Assembly: GCF_003334765.1 (NCBI RefSeq)
Contig: NZ_QOWT01000001.1
Direction: 5' to 3' (one strand)
DNA: 64,000 nt
DNA from: Escherichia coli
GTDB taxonomy: Bacteria > Pseudomonadota > Gammaproteobacteria > Enterobacterales > Enterobacteriaceae
Positions 42,399 to 58,217 of this stretch are shown piece after piece; the stretch's first letter is position 1, and each line of letters starts with the position of its first letter. The notes under the pieces were generated by a model. The model worked only from the letters and a program-made list of their open reading frames with translations. It was not told the DNA's origin and did not search any database. A program made the translations under genes and the position numbers.

Positions 42399-44132
42399 TT
42401 ACATACGCTCTACAGTCTCAATACCCAGCGTATCCAGACCCAGCTTCAGCGTCTTCGCCGTCAGTTGTGCCAGTTTTAGACGGCTGTTACGCACTTCTTC
42501 GTTTTCTGCGCTGAGGATCGGGCAGTGCTCGTAGAAGCCAGAGAACAGACCGGCCAGATCGTACAGGTAAGCACACATTACATGCGGCGTGCCTTCACGG
42601 GCAACCACGGTGAGGGTTTCTTCAAACTGCAGCAGGCGAGCTGCCAGTTGCGCTTCACGATCTTCACGGATGATAACCGGAGCTGCAGCCAGTTGCTCTT
42701 CGTCAATTTCTGCTTTACGGAACACGGACAATACACGCGTGTATGCATACTGCATGTATGGCGCGGTATTACCCTCAAACGCCAGCATGTTGTCCCAGTC
42801 GAAGATGTAGTCCGTGGTGCGGTTTTTGGAGAGATCCGCATATTTCACCGCACCAATACCAACCGCGTTAGCCAGTTTTTCCAGCTCGTCGGCTGGCATA
42901 TCCGGGTTCTTTTCTGCCACCAGACGGCGTGCACGTTCCAGGGCTTCATCCAGCAGATCGGCCAGTTTCACTGTACCACCCGCGCGGGTTTTGAACGGTT
43001 TGCCGTCTTTACCCAGCATCATGCCGAACATGTGGTGTTCCAGCGGTACGGATTCCGGTACATAGCCTGCTTTACGGACGATCGCCCATGCCTGCATCAG
43101 GTGTTGATGCTGACGGGAGTCGATGTAATACAGCACGCGATCGGCATGCAGTGTTTCATAACGATATTTCGCACAGGCGATATCAGTGGTGGTGTAGAGA
43201 TAGCCGCCATCTTTCTTCTGAATGATCACGCCCATCGGTTCGCCTTCCTTGTTTTTAAACTCATCAAGGAATACGACGGTCGCCCCTTCGCTTTCTACTG
43301 CCAGACCTTTGGCTTTGAGATCCGCCACAATTCCTGGCAGCATCGGGTTGTAGAGGCTTTCGCCCATCACGTCATCACGGGTCAGCGTCACGTTGAGACG
43401 ATCGTAGGTGATCTGGTTCTGCGTCATGGTGATGTCGACCAGTTTGCGCCACATCTCGCGGAAATATTCGTCACCGCTTTGCAGTTTTACCACGTAGTTA
43501 CGTGCGCGCTCGGCGAACTCTTCATCTTCATCGTAATGCTTTTTCGCATCGCGGTAGAAACCTTCAAGGTCAGCCAGCTCCATTTCACCGGCGTTTTCCT
43601 GCTGCTGCTTTTCCAGCCATGCAATCAGCATACCGAACTGAGTGCCCCAGTCGCCGACGTGGTTTGCGCGAATCACTTTGTGACCGAGGAACTCCAGAGT
43701 ACGCACTGCTGCGTCACCAATAATGGTAGAGCGCAGGTGACCGACATGCATCTCTTTCGCCACGTTTGGCGCAGAGTAGTCAACCACAATGGTCTGTTTT
43801 TCTGGCGTAGCAACACCGAGACGATCGGACGCCAGCGCCTGCTGAACATGTTCAGCCAGGAATGCCGGATCAAGGAAAATGTTGATAAAGCCTGGACCGG
43901 CGATCTCAACTTTGCTGGCGATACCGTTAAGATCCAGATGAGTCAGCACCTGCTCTGCTAATTGTCGCGGTGCCATACCCAGTTTTTTAGCAACTGCCAT
44001 CATGCCGTTAGCCTGATAGTCGCCGAACTGAACTTTTGCTGACTGACGAACCTGCGGTTCGCAATCCGCAGGCGCGCCTGCCGCAATCATGGCCTGACGG
44101 ACTTTTTCTGAGAGAAGAGCCTGAATATTCAC
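42399..44132 (-). CDS. argS: Arginine--tRNA ligase
   Basis: 577 aa; class I aaRS HIGH motif ([12 protein letters not shown]). Confidence 0.97.
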   Translation of the reverse strand: MNIQALLSEKVRQAMIAAGAPADCEPQVRQSAKVQFGDYQANGMMAVAKKLGMAPRQLAEQVLTHLDLNGIASKVEIAGPGFINIFLDPAFLAEHVQQALASDRLGVATPEKQTIVVDYSAPNVAKEMHVGHLRSTIIGDAAVRTLEFLGHKVIRANHVGDWGTQFGMLIAWLEKQQQENAGEMELADLEGFYRDAKKHYDEDEEFAERARNYVVKLQSGDEYFREMWRKLVDITMTQNQITYDRLNVTLTRDDVMGESLYNPMLPGIVADLKAKGLAVESEGATVVFLDEFKNKEGEPMGVIIQKKDGGYLYTTTDIACAKYRYETLHADRVLYYIDSRQHQHLMQAWAIVRKAGYVPESVPLEHHMFGMMLGKDGKPFKTRAGGTVKLADLLDEALERARRLVAEKNPDMPADELEKLANAVGIGAVKYADLSKNRTTDYIFDWDNMLAFEGNTAPYMQYAYTRVLSVFRKAEIDEEQLAAAPVIIREDREAQLAARLLQFEETLTVVAREGTPHVMCAYLYDLAGLFSGFYEHCPILSAENEEVRNSRLKLAQLTAKTLKLGLDTLGIETVERM

Positions 44133-44347
44133 CGGAATACCTTACATTGATGAAGCGAGCAAAAATTGCCCGCACCAGTTAAAGAAATTAGGGCGGGAGT
44201 ATACTGCAAATGGCTGTTTTCGTCAGCAACGTGCGCGTGGCGTATTGCCGTTTTCACTATTGCATCAGAAGCGGCGTGAAATCAGCGGTTGGTTGGCACA
44301 GGGCAACAGGGTAAATTAACGCTTTTACTGAAAGACGAAGAGTGATT

Positions 44348-44914
44348 ATGGCGAACTGGCAATCTATCGACGAGCTGCAGGATATTGCATCGGATTTACC
44401 GCGATTTATCCACGCATTAGATGAACTTTCCCGCCGTCTGGGGTTGAATATCACTCCGCTGACTGCCGATCACATTTCTTTGCGTTGCCATCAAAACGCC
44501 ACTGCTGAACGCTGGCGTCGCGGGTTTGAACAGTGTGGCGAGCTTTTGTCAGAAAATATGATCAATGGCAGACCGATTTGTCTGTTTAAATTGCATGAAC
44601 CGGTACAGGTTGCGCACTGGCAGTTTTCTATTGTGGAGCTACCGTGGCCCGGGGAAAAACGTTACCCACACGAAGGTTGGGAACATATTGAAATCGTTCT
44701 GCCGGGTGATCCAGAAACGCTGAATGCCCGTGCGCTGGCATTGCTTTCTGATGAAGGACTCAGCCTACCGGGGATCTCAGTGAAAACCAGTTCGCCAAAA
44801 GGTGAGCATGAGCGATTACCGAATCCGACGCTGGCGGTCACCGATGGCAAAACAACTATTAAGTTTCATCCGTGGTCCATTGAAGAGATCGTTGCCAGCG
44901 AGCAGTCGGCGTAA
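44348..44914 (+). CDS. yecM: Uncharacterized protein YecM (VOC/glyoxalase-like fold)
   Basis: 188 aa from MANWQSIDELQDIASDLPRFIHALDEL. Confidence 0.85.
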   Translation: MANWQSIDELQDIASDLPRFIHALDELSRRLGLNITPLTADHISLRCHQNATAERWRRGFEQCGELLSENMINGRPICLFKLHEPVQVAHWQFSIVELPWPGEKRYPHEGWEHIEIVLPGDPETLNARALALLSDEGLSLPGISVKTSSPKGEHERLPNPTLAVTDGKTTIKFHPWSIEEIVASEQSA

Positions 44915-44918
44915 TTAA

Positions 44919-45754
<836 letters not shown>

Positions 45755-46061
45755 TCCCTGAACAGTATAAAAAACGAACGATAACCGTGATCTGTTGAGC
45801 GGGTGACAGTGCGCATAGCGTTGTGCTAAAAATATTGTATATATTCACATTAATTATGGGATTTAAATTACTAAAACTGATAAATATATATTCTAAATAG
45901 CAACTGGGTTATTCCTTAGCAATTAATGATTACATTGTAATAAATCATATTCTTTATCGATTGTTTCAGGCAGTGTTGTGCCTAATTATGCAAGCGGTTA
46001 ATTCGTTGTATATTTAATTATACAATGATTTCGGTGTCCAGTAATTTAATTAGAGGAATCT

Positions 46062-47162
46062 ATGCGAGGGAAAAAACGCATTGGGTTATTGTTTTTGCTG
46101 ATAGCGGTTGTGGTTGGTGGCGGCGGGTTATTGCTGGCGCAAAAAGCCTTACATAAAACGTCGGATACAGCATTTTGCCTTTCCTGCCACTCGATGAGTA
46201 AACCTTTTGAGGAATATCAGGGAACTGTCCACTTTTCGAACCAGAAAGGGATACGTGCGGAATGTGCCGATTGCCATATTCCAAAGTCAGGGATGGATTA
46301 TTTATTTGCTAAATTAAAGGCATCTAAAGATATTTATCATGAATTTGTTAGCGGCAAAATAGACAGTGACGATAAGTTCGAAGCTCATCGCCAGGAAATG
46401 GCCGAAACAGTATGGAAAGAATTAAAAGCCACTGACTCTGCAACGTGCCGTAGTTGCCATTCTTTTGATGCCATGGATATTGCCTCGCAAAGTGAATCTG
46501 CGCAGAAAATGCATAACAAAGCACAAAAGGACAGCGAAACCTGTATCGATTGTCATAAAGGCATTGCCCATTTTCCGCCAGAAATAAAAATGGATGACAA
46601 CGCGGCGCATGAGCTGGAAAGTCAGGCCGCTACTTCAGTTACTAATGGCGCACATATTTATCCTTTCAAAACTTCTCACATAGGCGAGCTGGCTACCGTG
46701 AATCCTGGAACCGATCTCACCGTCGTTGATGCCAGTGGCAAACAGCCGATCGTTCTGTTGCAGGGTTATCAAATGCAGGGCAGTGAAAACACGCTCTACC
46801 TGGCGGCAGGTCAACGGCTGGCGCTAGCCACATTAAGTGAAGAAGGTATCAAGGCGCTCACTGTAAACGGGGAATGGCAGGCTGACGAATACGGCAATCA
46901 ATGGCGTCAGGCGTCTTTACAGGGTGCGCTTACCGATCCCGCATTAGCGGACCGTAAACCGCTATGGCAATACGCTGAAAAACTTGACGATACCTATTGC
47001 GCTGGTTGTCATGCCCCTATTGCCGCCGACCATTACACCGTCAATGCGTGGCCGTCCATTGCCAAAGGAATGGGGGCACGAACCAGCATGAGCGAAAACG
47101 AACTGGACATTTTAACGCGGTATTTCCAGTACAACGCCAAAGATATTACCGAGAAACAGTGA
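46062..47162 (+). CDS. torY: Membrane-anchored pentahaem c-type cytochrome TorY
   Basis: 366 aa; CxxCH haem motifs (CLSCH, CADCH, CRSCH, CIDCH, CAGCH). Confidence 0.93.
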   Translation: MRGKKRIGLLFLLIAVVVGGGGLLLAQKALHKTSDTAFCLSCHSMSKPFEEYQGTVHFSNQKGIRAECADCHIPKSGMDYLFAKLKASKDIYHEFVSGKIDSDDKFEAHRQEMAETVWKELKATDSATCRSCHSFDAMDIASQSESAQKMHNKAQKDSETCIDCHKGIAHFPPEIKMDDNAAHELESQAATSVTNGAHIYPFKTSHIGELATVNPGTDLTVVDASGKQPIVLLQGYQMQGSENTLYLAAGQRLALATLSEEGIKALTVNGEWQADEYGNQWRQASLQGALTDPALADRKPLWQYAEKLDDTYCAGCHAPIAADHYTVNAWPSIAKGMGARTSMSENELDILTRYFQYNAKDITEKQ

Positions 47163-47186
47163 TCCTCGTTGATCAGGGAGGAAGTT

Positions 47187-49616
47187 ATGACATTAACAAG
47201 ACGTGAATTTATTAAACACAGCGGTATTGCCGCTGGAGCGCTGGTGGTGACATCGGCAGCACCGCTCCCCGCATGGGCAGAAGAGAAGGGCGGTAAAATC
47301 CTCACCGCGGGACGTTGGGGAGCGATGAACGTAGAAGTGAAGGACGGCAAGATTGTTTCTTCAACAGGCGCGCTGGCGAAAACCATACCGAATTCCTTAC
47401 AGTCTACGGCGGCGGATCAGGTACACACCACGGCGCGTATTCAGCATCCGATGGTGAGAAAAAGCTATCTCGATAATCCACTGCAACCGGCGAAAGGTCG
47501 TGGCGAAGATACCTATGTACAGGTGAGCTGGGAACAGGCGTTAAAACTGATTCATGAGCAACATGATCGTATTCGTAAAGCTAACGGACCATCGGCCATT
47601 TTTGCCGGATCTTACGGCTGGCGCTCTTCTGGCGTGTTGCATAAAGCGCAAACCTTACTGCAACGTTATATGAACCTGGCGGGCGGTTATTCCGGGCATA
47701 GCGGCGATTATTCAACCGGGGCAGCACAGGTGATCATGCCGCATGTGGTCGGTTCTGTAGAGGTGTATGAACAGCAGACCTCCTGGCCGCTGATTCTGGA
47801 AAACAGCCAGGTTGTGGTGCTGTGGGGAATGAACCCGCTGAATACCTTAAAAATTGCCTGGAGCAGTACCGATGAGCAAGGGCTGGAATACTTCCATCAG
47901 CTGAAAAAATCTGGCAAACCAGTGATTGCCATTGATCCTATCCGCTCCGAAACCATCGAATTCTTTGACGATAATGCCACCTAGATCGCGCCGAATATGG
48001 GCACCGACGTGGCACTGATGTTAGGGATTGCGCATACCCTGATGACACAAGGCAAACACGATAAAGTGTTCCTTGAAAAATACACTACCGGGTATCCGCA
48101 GTTTGAAGAGTATCTGACAGGTAAGAGCGATAATACGCCGAAGAGCGCGGTCTGGGCGGCGGAAATTACTGGCGTACCGGAAGCGCAGATAGTCAAACTC
48201 GCTGAACTGATGGCGGCGAATCGCACAATGCTGATGGCAGGCTGGGGAATTCAGCGCCAGCAATATGGTGAACAGAAACACTGGATGCTGGTGACGCTGG
48301 CGGCGATGTTAGGGCAGATTGGTACACCGGGCGGCGGTTTTGGTTTCTCTTATCATTACTCCAACGGTGGCAACCCGACGCGTGTTGGCGGCGTGCTGCC
48401 GGAAATGTCTGCGGCGATTGCCGGACATGCCAGCGAGGCCGCTGATGATGGCGGAATGACGGCGATTCCTGTTGCCCGTATCGTCGATGCGCTGGAAAAT
48501 CCTGGCGGCAAATATCAGCATAACGGTAAAGAACAAACGTATCCGAATATCAAAATGATCTGGTGGGCGGGTGGCGGTAACTTTACCCATCACCAGGATA
48601 CTAATCGTCTGATTAAAGCATGGCAGAAACCGGAGATGATCGTCGTTTCTGAATGCTACTGGACCGCAGCAGCCAAACACGCAGATATCGTATTACCGAT
48701 CACCACATCGTTTGAGCGCAATGACTTGACGATGACCGGTGATTACAGCAACCAGCATATTGTGCCGATGAAGCAGGCTGTTGCTCCGCAATTTGAAGCG
48801 CGTAACGATTTTGACGTGTTTGCCGATCTTGCGGAATTACTCAAACCTGGCGGAAAAGAGATCTATACCGAAGGTAAAGATGAAATGGCGTGGCTGAAAT
48901 TTTTCTATGATGCCGCTCAGAAAGGTGCCCGTGCGCAACGCGTCACTATGCCAATGTTTAATGCCTTCTGGCAGCAAAATAAACTGATCGAAATGCGCCG
49001 CAGCGAGAAGAACGAACAGTACGTTCGTTATGGTGATTTCCGCGCCGATCCGGTGAAAAATGCGCTGGGTACGCCAAGCGGCAAAATTGAAATCTATTCA
49101 AAAACGTTGGAAAAATTTGGCTATAAGGATTGCCCGGCACACCCAACCTGGCTGGCTCCTGATGAATGGAAAGGTACCGCCGACGAGAAGCAGTTACAGC
49201 TTCTGACCGCACATCCGGCACACCGTTTACACAGTCAGCTTAACTATGCGGAACTGCGTAAAAAATATGCGATCGCCGATCGTGAACCAATCACTATTCA
49301 CACCGAAGATGCTGCACGCTTTGGTATTGCGAATGGCGATCTGGTGCGTGTCTGGAACAAACGTGGTCAGATTTTGACAGGCGCGGTGGTGACTGACGGG
49401 ATCAAAAAAGGCGTGGTATGCGTGCATGAAGGTGCATGGCCAGATCTGGAAAATGGCTTGTGTAAAAACGGCAGTGCGAACGTGTTAACGGCGGATATCC
49501 CCAGCTCGCAGCTGGCAAATGCCTGTGCCGGTAACTCAGCGTTGGTGTATATCGAAAAATATACGGGCAATGCACCGAAGTTAACGGCGTTTGATCAGCC
49601 AGCTGTTCAGGCGTAA
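47187..49616 (+). pseudogene. torZ: TMAO/biotin sulfoxide reductase TorZ (BisZ) interrupted by an in-frame TAG at 47982-47984
   Basis: ORFs 47169-47984 and 47997-49616 are in the same frame and together equal the 809-aa TorZ length from [17 protein letters not shown] (Tat signal); a single stop codon separates them. Confidence 0.75.
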
Positions 49617-49667
49617 GACGTGAATAGCGCCCGGAAACGGGCGCTGAGGTTATGCAAACGTAAAGCT

Positions 49668-49766
49668 GCCTGATGCGCTATGCTTATCAGGCCTACATAG
49701 TCCCTGCAATATATTGAATTAGCAAGGTTTTGTAGGCCGGATAAGGCGTTCACGCCGCATCCGGCA
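49668..49766. repeat. BIME/RIP-type element: two REP palindromes flanking an AT-rich core
   Basis: GCCTGATGCGCTATGCTTATCAGGCCTAC ... GTAGGCCGGATAAGGCGTTCACGCCGCATCCGGCA. Confidence 0.6.
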
Positions 49767-49780
49767 GTAATACCAGACCT

Positions 49781-51928
<2,148 letters not shown>

Positions 51929-51980
51929 ACAAACTCCCTTTAAAATGGCCGATGGCACCTGTCTATGATAGGTGGCAAAT

Positions 51981-52799
51981 TCAGAAAAGAGAAGATTGCT
52001 GTGGAATAGCCGGAACTGCTCCGATCTCTGGAAGCGTTTTACGTAAGTCTTCCCACAGGGTATGTACCAGTTCCGGTGCCTGGGCAATGTCTGGCGTATG
52101 TAAAAAAAGATAAGGCGTAGTGGTCTGATGCCACTGCGCTAATTTTTGTAACCAGACCTGAAATAATTCCCGGTTTTGCGTCATATCATCACTACCGATA
52201 AAACGGATCAGCGGATTTGTCGCCGTCAGTACAGCATGTACCGGAACTTTAGGTTTTTTTCGTTGAGCGTCGCGAATAGCTTCACTGTGTGGACGTGCTG
52301 CATGAACCGGGCGGCTGTCTAAAATCACCCGATTAACGCCGCGCTGATGTAAACCGCGATTAAGCGTTTGTTCCTCTTCTCCTTTGGCGAAAAACTGTGG
52401 ATGGCGGACTTCCACGCCATAATTAAATTCGCCAGGAAGAGAATCGAGAAAATGCCAAAGCGCAGGCAGCTCCCGTGGGCCGAATGTGGCAGGCAGTTGC
52501 AGCCAGTATTGCCCAATGCGCGGAGCCAACGGTGACATGCGGGTCAAAAATTCAGTCACTAAATCATCGCAATGCCGTAATGCTGCCTGATGCGAAATGG
52601 TCGCCGGAAACTTAAAACAGAAGCGGAAGTCATCTGTGGTCTGCTCACGCCAGCGCAGGACAACCTCGGGTTTCGGCAGGGCGTAAAGCGTGGTGTTGCC
52701 CTCCACGCAGTTAAAGTGGCGGGCATACTCTTCAAGGCTGGTGATCCCCAACCGCACCCATTTAGGATGCGACCATTGCGGTAGACCGATGTAAATCAT
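51981..52799 (-). CDS. yecE: UPF0759 (DUF72) protein YecE
   Basis: 272 aa [39 protein letters not shown]... Confidence 0.88.
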
Positions 52800-53362
52800 A
52801 ACGCGTTGAGGATCTCTTCCACGCTACGCACACGGGCGATGCGCGGGTAGATATGGTTGATACTGTTATTGTGCTGCTCGGCGCTGGCGGCACTACAGGC
52901 GTCTTCGGCAATCACCAGATTAAAGCCAAGTTCCCAGGCATTGCGGGCGGTGGATTCAACACCGATATTGGTCGAGATCCCACATAACACTATTGTATCG
53001 ATACCTCGGCGGCGTAATTGCAACTCCAGATCCGTACCGTAAAACGCACCCCATTGACGTTTGATGATTTCGATATCGCTGTCGGTTGCACCTAATGCAG
53101 CAGGATGTTGCCACCAATTTTCGGGCAACACTTTAGCCGGTGAGGGCGCATCGACCGGCTGTTTTAATGCTTCAGCGTAATCGGCAGACCAGCCAACGCG
53201 CACCAGAAACACGGGCTGACCGCTGGCGCGAAATTTCGCCGCCAGCTTCCCGGCGCGATTAACTACCTCATCGGCAGTATGTGGACCACCGGCAAAAGGT
53301 AAGATGCCTTCTTGTAAATCGATCACCACCAGCGCAGTGGTTTTAGCATTAAGTTCAAGCAT
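52796..53362 (-). CDS. yecD: Isochorismatase-family hydrolase YecD
   Basis: 188 aa from [28 protein letters not shown]. Confidence 0.88.
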
Positions 53363-53671
53363 AATGACTCCTGAAAAAACAAAATCGTGCCTCACACCTT
53401 AATGCGATTAGCCGATGGCGGAACGACAAATTTTGTTAATTTTTATGAGTTCGGGCAACACCTTTATAGCAAACTGGCGTAGAGTCTGATTTCAGGCCCG
53501 ATATAAAGTGGTAACGAGGCGTTCCAGCGCGGGCCAGGCTCTTACGGTGCGGCAGAATTTCCAGTATAATAGCCGCCTTTTTTCATTCAGTTGTGACATA
53601 CAGCTAACGCTGCGACTTGGTCACCTGCGCAGCAGGGGGCATCCGCCGGCAGCTAAGTTAAGGGATATCTC

Positions 53672-55444
53672 ATGCGTACAGAATATTGTGGACAGCTCCG
53701 TTTGTCCCACGTGGGGCAGCAGGTGACTCTGTGTGGTTGGGTCAACCGTCGTCGTGATCTTGGTAGCCTGATCTTCATCGATATGCGCGACCGCGAAGGT
53801 ATCGTGCAGGTATTTTTCGATCCGGATCGTGCGGACGCGTTAAAGCTGGCCTCTGAACTGCGTAATGAGTTCTGCATTCAGGTCACGGGCACCGTACGTG
53901 CGCGTGACGAAAAAAATATTAACCGCGATATGGCGACCGGCGAAATCGAAGTGCTGGCGTCCTCGCTGACTATCATCAACCGCGCAGATGTTCTGCCGCT
54001 TGACTCTAACCACGTCAACACCGAAGAAGCGCGTCTGAAATACCGCTACCTCGACCTGCGTCGTCCGGAAATGGCTCAGCGCCTGAAAACCCGCGCTAAA
54101 ATCACCAGCCTGGTGCGCCGTTTTATGGATGACCACGGCTTCCTCGACATCGAAACTCCGATGCTGACCAAAGCCACGCCGGAAGGCGCGCGTGACTACC
54201 TGGTGCCTTCTCGTGTGCACAAAGGTAAATTCTACGCACTGCCGCAATCCCCGCAGTTGTTCAAACAGCTGCTGATGATGTCCGGTTTTGACCGTTACTA
54301 TCAGATCGTTAAATGCTTCCGTGACGAAGACCTGCGTGCTGACCGTCAGCCTGAATTTACTCAGATCGATGTGGAAACTTCTTTCATGACCGCGCCGCAA
54401 GTGCGTGAAGTGATGGAAGCGCTGGTGCGTCATCTGTGGCTGGAAGTGAAGGGTGTGGATCTGGGCGATTTCCCGGTAATGACCTTTGCGGAAGCAGAAC
54501 GCCGTTATGGTTCTGATAAACCGGATCTGCGTAACCCGATGGAACTGACTGACGTTGCTGATCTGCTGAAATCTGTTGAGTTTGCTGTATTTGCAGGTCC
54601 GGCGAACGATCCGAAAGGTCGCGTAGCGGCTCTGCGCGTTCCGGGCGGCGCATCGCTGACCCGTAAGCAGATCGACGAATACGGTAACTTCGTTAAAATC
54701 TACGGCGCGAAAGGTCTGGCTTACATCAAAGTTAACGAACGCGCGAAAGGTCTGGAAGGTATCAACAGCCCGGTAGCGAAGTTCCTTAATGCAGAAATCA
54801 TCGAAGACATCCTGGATCGTACTGCCGCGCAAGATGGCGATATGATTTTCTTCGGTGCCGACAACAAGAAAATTGTTGCCGACGCGATGGGTGCACTGCG
54901 CCTGAAAGTGGGTAAAGACCTTGGTCTGACCGACGAAAGCAAATGGGCACCGCTGTGGGTTATCGACTTCCCGATGTTTGAAGACGACGGTGAAGGCGGC
55001 CTGACGGCAATGCACCATCCGTTCACCTCACCGAAAGATATGACGGCTGCAGAACTGAAAGCTGCACCGGAAAATGCGGTGGCGAACGCTTACGATATGG
55101 TCATCAATGGTTACGAAGTGGGCGGTGGTTCAGTACGTATCCATAATGGTGATATGCAGCAGACGGTGTTTGGTATTCTGGGTATCAACGAAGAGGAACA
55201 GCGCGAGAAATTCGGCTTCCTGCTCGACGCTCTGAAATACGGTACTCCGCCGCACGCAGGTCTGGCATTCGGTCTTGACCGTCTGACCATGCTGCTGACC
55301 GGCACCGACAATATCCGTGACGTTATCGCCTTCCCGAAAACCACGGCGGCAGCGTGTCTGATGACTGAAGCACCGAGCTTTGCTAACCCGACTGCACTGG
55401 CTGAGCTGAGCATTCAGGTTGTGAAGAAGGCTGAGAATAACTGA
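53672..55444 (+). CDS. aspS: Aspartate--tRNA ligase
   Basis: 590 aa [43 protein letters not shown]...; class II aaRS. Confidence 0.97.
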   Translation: MRTEYCGQLRLSHVGQQVTLCGWVNRRRDLGSLIFIDMRDREGIVQVFFDPDRADALKLASELRNEFCIQVTGTVRARDEKNINRDMATGEIEVLASSLTIINRADVLPLDSNHVNTEEARLKYRYLDLRRPEMAQRLKTRAKITSLVRRFMDDHGFLDIETPMLTKATPEGARDYLVPSRVHKGKFYALPQSPQLFKQLLMMSGFDRYYQIVKCFRDEDLRADRQPEFTQIDVETSFMTAPQVREVMEALVRHLWLEVKGVDLGDFPVMTFAEAERRYGSDKPDLRNPMELTDVADLLKSVEFAVFAGPANDPKGRVAALRVPGGASLTRKQIDEYGNFVKIYGAKGLAYIKVNERAKGLEGINSPVAKFLNAEIIEDILDRTAAQDGDMIFFGADNKKIVADAMGALRLKVGKDLGLTDESKWAPLWVIDFPMFEDDGEGGLTAMHHPFTSPKDMTAAELKAAPENAVANAYDMVINGYEVGGGSVRIHNGDMQQTVFGILGINEEEQREKFGFLLDALKYGTPPHAGLAFGLDRLTMLLTGTDNIRDVIAFPKTTAAACLMTEAPSFANPTALAELSIQVVKKAENN

Positions 55445-55561
55445 TATGACTCAAATACACGAAATCATTCGCGTTGCATCGAGGCGGCAACTGAGTGAAC
55501 TCCCATGAGCATAGATAACTATGTGAATGGGATGAGCGAAGGCAGTCAACGAAGAGGCAGC

Positions 55562-56014
55562 GTGAAGGATAAAGTGTATAAGCGTCCCGTTTCGATCTTA
55601 GTGGTCATCTACGCACAAGATACGAAACGGGTGCTGATGTTGCAGCGGCGTGACGATCCCGATTTCTGGCAGTCGGTAACCGGCAGCGTGGAAGAGGGTG
55701 AAACCGCGCCGCAAGCTGCCATGCGCGAAGTAAAGGAAGAGGTCACCATTGATGTTGTCGCTGAACAACTGACCTTAATTGACTGTCAGCGCACGGTAGA
55801 GTTTGAAATTTTTTCACATTTACGTCATCGCTATGCGCCGGGCGTGACGCGTAATACGGAATCATGGTTCTGTCTTGCGCTTCCGCACGAGCGGCAGATC
55901 GTTTTCACTGAACATCTGGCTTACAAGTGGCTTGATGCGCCTGCTGCGGCGGCGCTCACTAAGTCCTGGAGCAACCGGCAGGCGATTGAACAGTTTGTAA
56001 TTAACGCTGCCTGA
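55562..56014 (+). CDS. nudB: Dihydroneopterin triphosphate diphosphatase (Nudix)
   Basis: 150 aa, GTG start; Nudix box [21 protein letters not shown]. Confidence 0.9.
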
Positions 56015-56042
56015 ACAGGCAGGGCTATCTGGAGATATTTTT

Positions 56043-56783
56043 ATGGCAGGTCATAGTAAATGGGCCAACACCAGACATCGTAAAGCTGCGCAGGATGCTA
56101 AGCGCGGTAAAATCTTCACTAAAATCATTCGTGAGCTGGTAACCGCGGCTAAGCTGGGCGGTGGCGATCCGGACGCTAACCCGCGTCTGCGTGCGGCGGT
56201 GGATAAAGCACTGTCTAACAACATGACCCGTGACACACTGAACCGCGCAATTGCACGTGGTGTGGGCGGTGATGATGATGCAAACATGGAAACCATCATC
56301 TACGAAGGTTACGGTCCTGGCGGCACGGCAATCATGATTGAATGTCTGTCTGACAACCGCAACCGTACCGTTGCTGAAGTGCGTCATGCATTTAGCAAAT
56401 GTGGCGGTAACCTCGGTACTGATGGTTCCGTTGCCTATCTGTTCAGCAAAAAAGGCGTGATCTCCTTCGAGAAAGGCGATGAAGACACCATCATGGAAGC
56501 AGCACTGGAAGCAGGTGCTGAAGACGTTGTGACCTATGATGACGGCGCGATTGATGTCTACACTGCATGGGAAGAAATGGGTAAAGTGCGCGACGCTCTG
56601 GAAGCGGCAGGTCTGAAAGCAGACAGCGCGGAAGTTTCCATGATCCCGTCTACCAAAGCTGATATGGATGCAGAAACCGCACCGAAACTGATGCGTCTGA
56701 TCGATATGCTGGAAGATTGCGACGACGTGCAGGAAGTTTACCATAACGGTGAAATCTCTGATGAGGTCGCAGCGACTCTCTGA
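56043..56783 (+). CDS. yebC: Probable transcriptional regulatory protein YebC (PmpR)
   Basis: 246 aa [33 protein letters not shown]... Confidence 0.95.
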
Positions 56784-56817
56784 TGAGGCCTGCTAAACAG
56801 CAAAACGGAGACGCGTG

Positions 56818-57339
56818 ATGGCTATTATTCTCGGCATTGATCCGGGTTCGCGCGTGACCGGCTACGGCGTCATCCGCCAGGTAGGTAGGCAACTGTCCTA
56901 CCTGGGTAGCGGATGCATCCGCACCAAAGTGGATGATTTACCGTCTCGTCTGAAACTCATCTATGCGGGCGTGACGGAAATCATCACTCAGTTCCAGCCT
57001 GATTATTTCGCCATTGAACAAGTCTTTATGGCAAAGAACGCTGACTCAGCCCTGAAACTGGGCCAGGCGCGCGGCGTGGCGATTGTGGCGGCGGTGAATC
57101 AGGAGTTGCCAGTATTTGAATACGCGGCACGTCAGGTAAAGCAAACGGTGGTAGGTATTGGCAGTGCCGAAAAAAGCCAGGTGCAGCATATGGTCCGCAC
57201 CTTGCTGAAACTGCCCGCTAATCCACAGGCGGATGCCGCCGATGCGCTGGCGATTGCTATCACCCACTGCCACGTTAGTCAGAATGCGATGCAGATGAGC
57301 GAATCGCGGCTGAACCTGGCGAGAGGGCGACTGCGTTAA
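56818..57339 (+). CDS. ruvC: Holliday junction resolvase RuvC
   Basis: 173 aa [21 protein letters not shown]... Confidence 0.95.
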
Positions 57340-57340
57340 G

Positions 57341-57943
57341 TTATACCGCCTCGGTCAGTTCCGGCTGAGGCGTTTCCACTCCCTCCGCATGAATCAACAC
57401 CAAACCCGGATGATGCCACAAACTGGCTGGCGTGACGGTTTTACGCTCCCACGGAATAGAACCCAGGAACCAGAATTTCCAGAAAGTGAGTTTTGCATTC
57501 GGATTGCTATTTAACAATTCTCCAAACGTCTCTATTTCACCCACCGGAATACATAGCGCTTCTTTATAAATATCAAAAACAAATTTTGAACAGAACTGGC
57601 GCGAAGATTCGTATTTAAAACCGGTGTGGTAAAGTTTGCGTAGCCGGGAGGGAACCTGTTCAACAATTCGTTGTTTTTGTCGTTCTGTCAGCCCAGCGTC
57701 TAATCGCTTTATAGCATAGCGTTGATTAGACGAACGTTTAATAAAACGAGATAGCGTGGTGATGGTTGAAAGGGGAACCCGGCTTTCTGCAACCAGGAAG
57801 TCTTCACCGTTATGACCGATAATGATCCCGACGTGATTACTCCAGCAATTTGATGCAGCTGATATTTGACCAAATAAGGCAGCACCTATACATGTAAAGA
57901 CGATATCTCCAATTTCATATTCAGCAGGGTAATTAATATTCAC
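57341..57943 (-). CDS. yebB: Uncharacterized protein YebB (DUF830, permuted papain-like fold)
   Basis: 200 aa from (V)[19 protein letters not shown]...; start chosen by homology within a 233-codon frame. Confidence 0.8.
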
Positions 57944-58097
57944 GTTGTCATTCCATTGAAATAGATACAAATATACGTAATAGCATAAAAAATTTATTTT
58001 TTCAGGAGGCGCAATGTATATTTTTATTACGCATTTCTTCACTGAATATGTAATATTAAAATATTTGCTTCCAATATAACCTGTAGAATAAATTATA

Positions 58098-58113
58098 CTG
58101 TGCCATTTTTCAG
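58098..58113. promoter_or_regulatory. LexA (SOS) box, distal, ruvAB promoter
   Basis: CTGTGCCATTTTTCAG within TACTG-N10-CAGT. Confidence 0.5.
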
Positions 58114-58150
58114 TTCATCGAGACACCTCGCAAGTTTTCTTCATCCTTCG

Positions 58151-58166
58151 CTGGATATCTATCCAG
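58151..58166. promoter_or_regulatory. LexA (SOS) box, proximal, ruvAB promoter
   Basis: CTGGATATCTATCCAG, a perfect CTG-N10-CAG palindrome ~50 nt upstream of ruvA. Confidence 0.65.
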
Positions 58167-58217
58167 CATTTTTTTATCATACAGCATTATCTTTGATTCA
58201 TTACGCAGGAGCGTCAT

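Noticed and set aside
42525-43961. 478-aa ORF on the plus strand, antisense to argS
   Set aside because: Lies entirely within argS on the opposite strand; composition rich in H, F, C and V typical of a non-coding antisense frame; no RBS; argS is the conserved gene.
45780-46060. Very AT-rich 280-bp stretch upstream of torY as a possible foreign insertion
   Set aside because: No ORF and no flanking repeats; its position is consistent with the torYZ promoter region, so it is more simply a native AT-rich promoter.
53840-55018. 392-aa ORF on the minus strand, antisense to aspS
   Set aside because: Same reasoning: it is the shadow frame of a highly expressed, codon-biased gene, with no independent start context.
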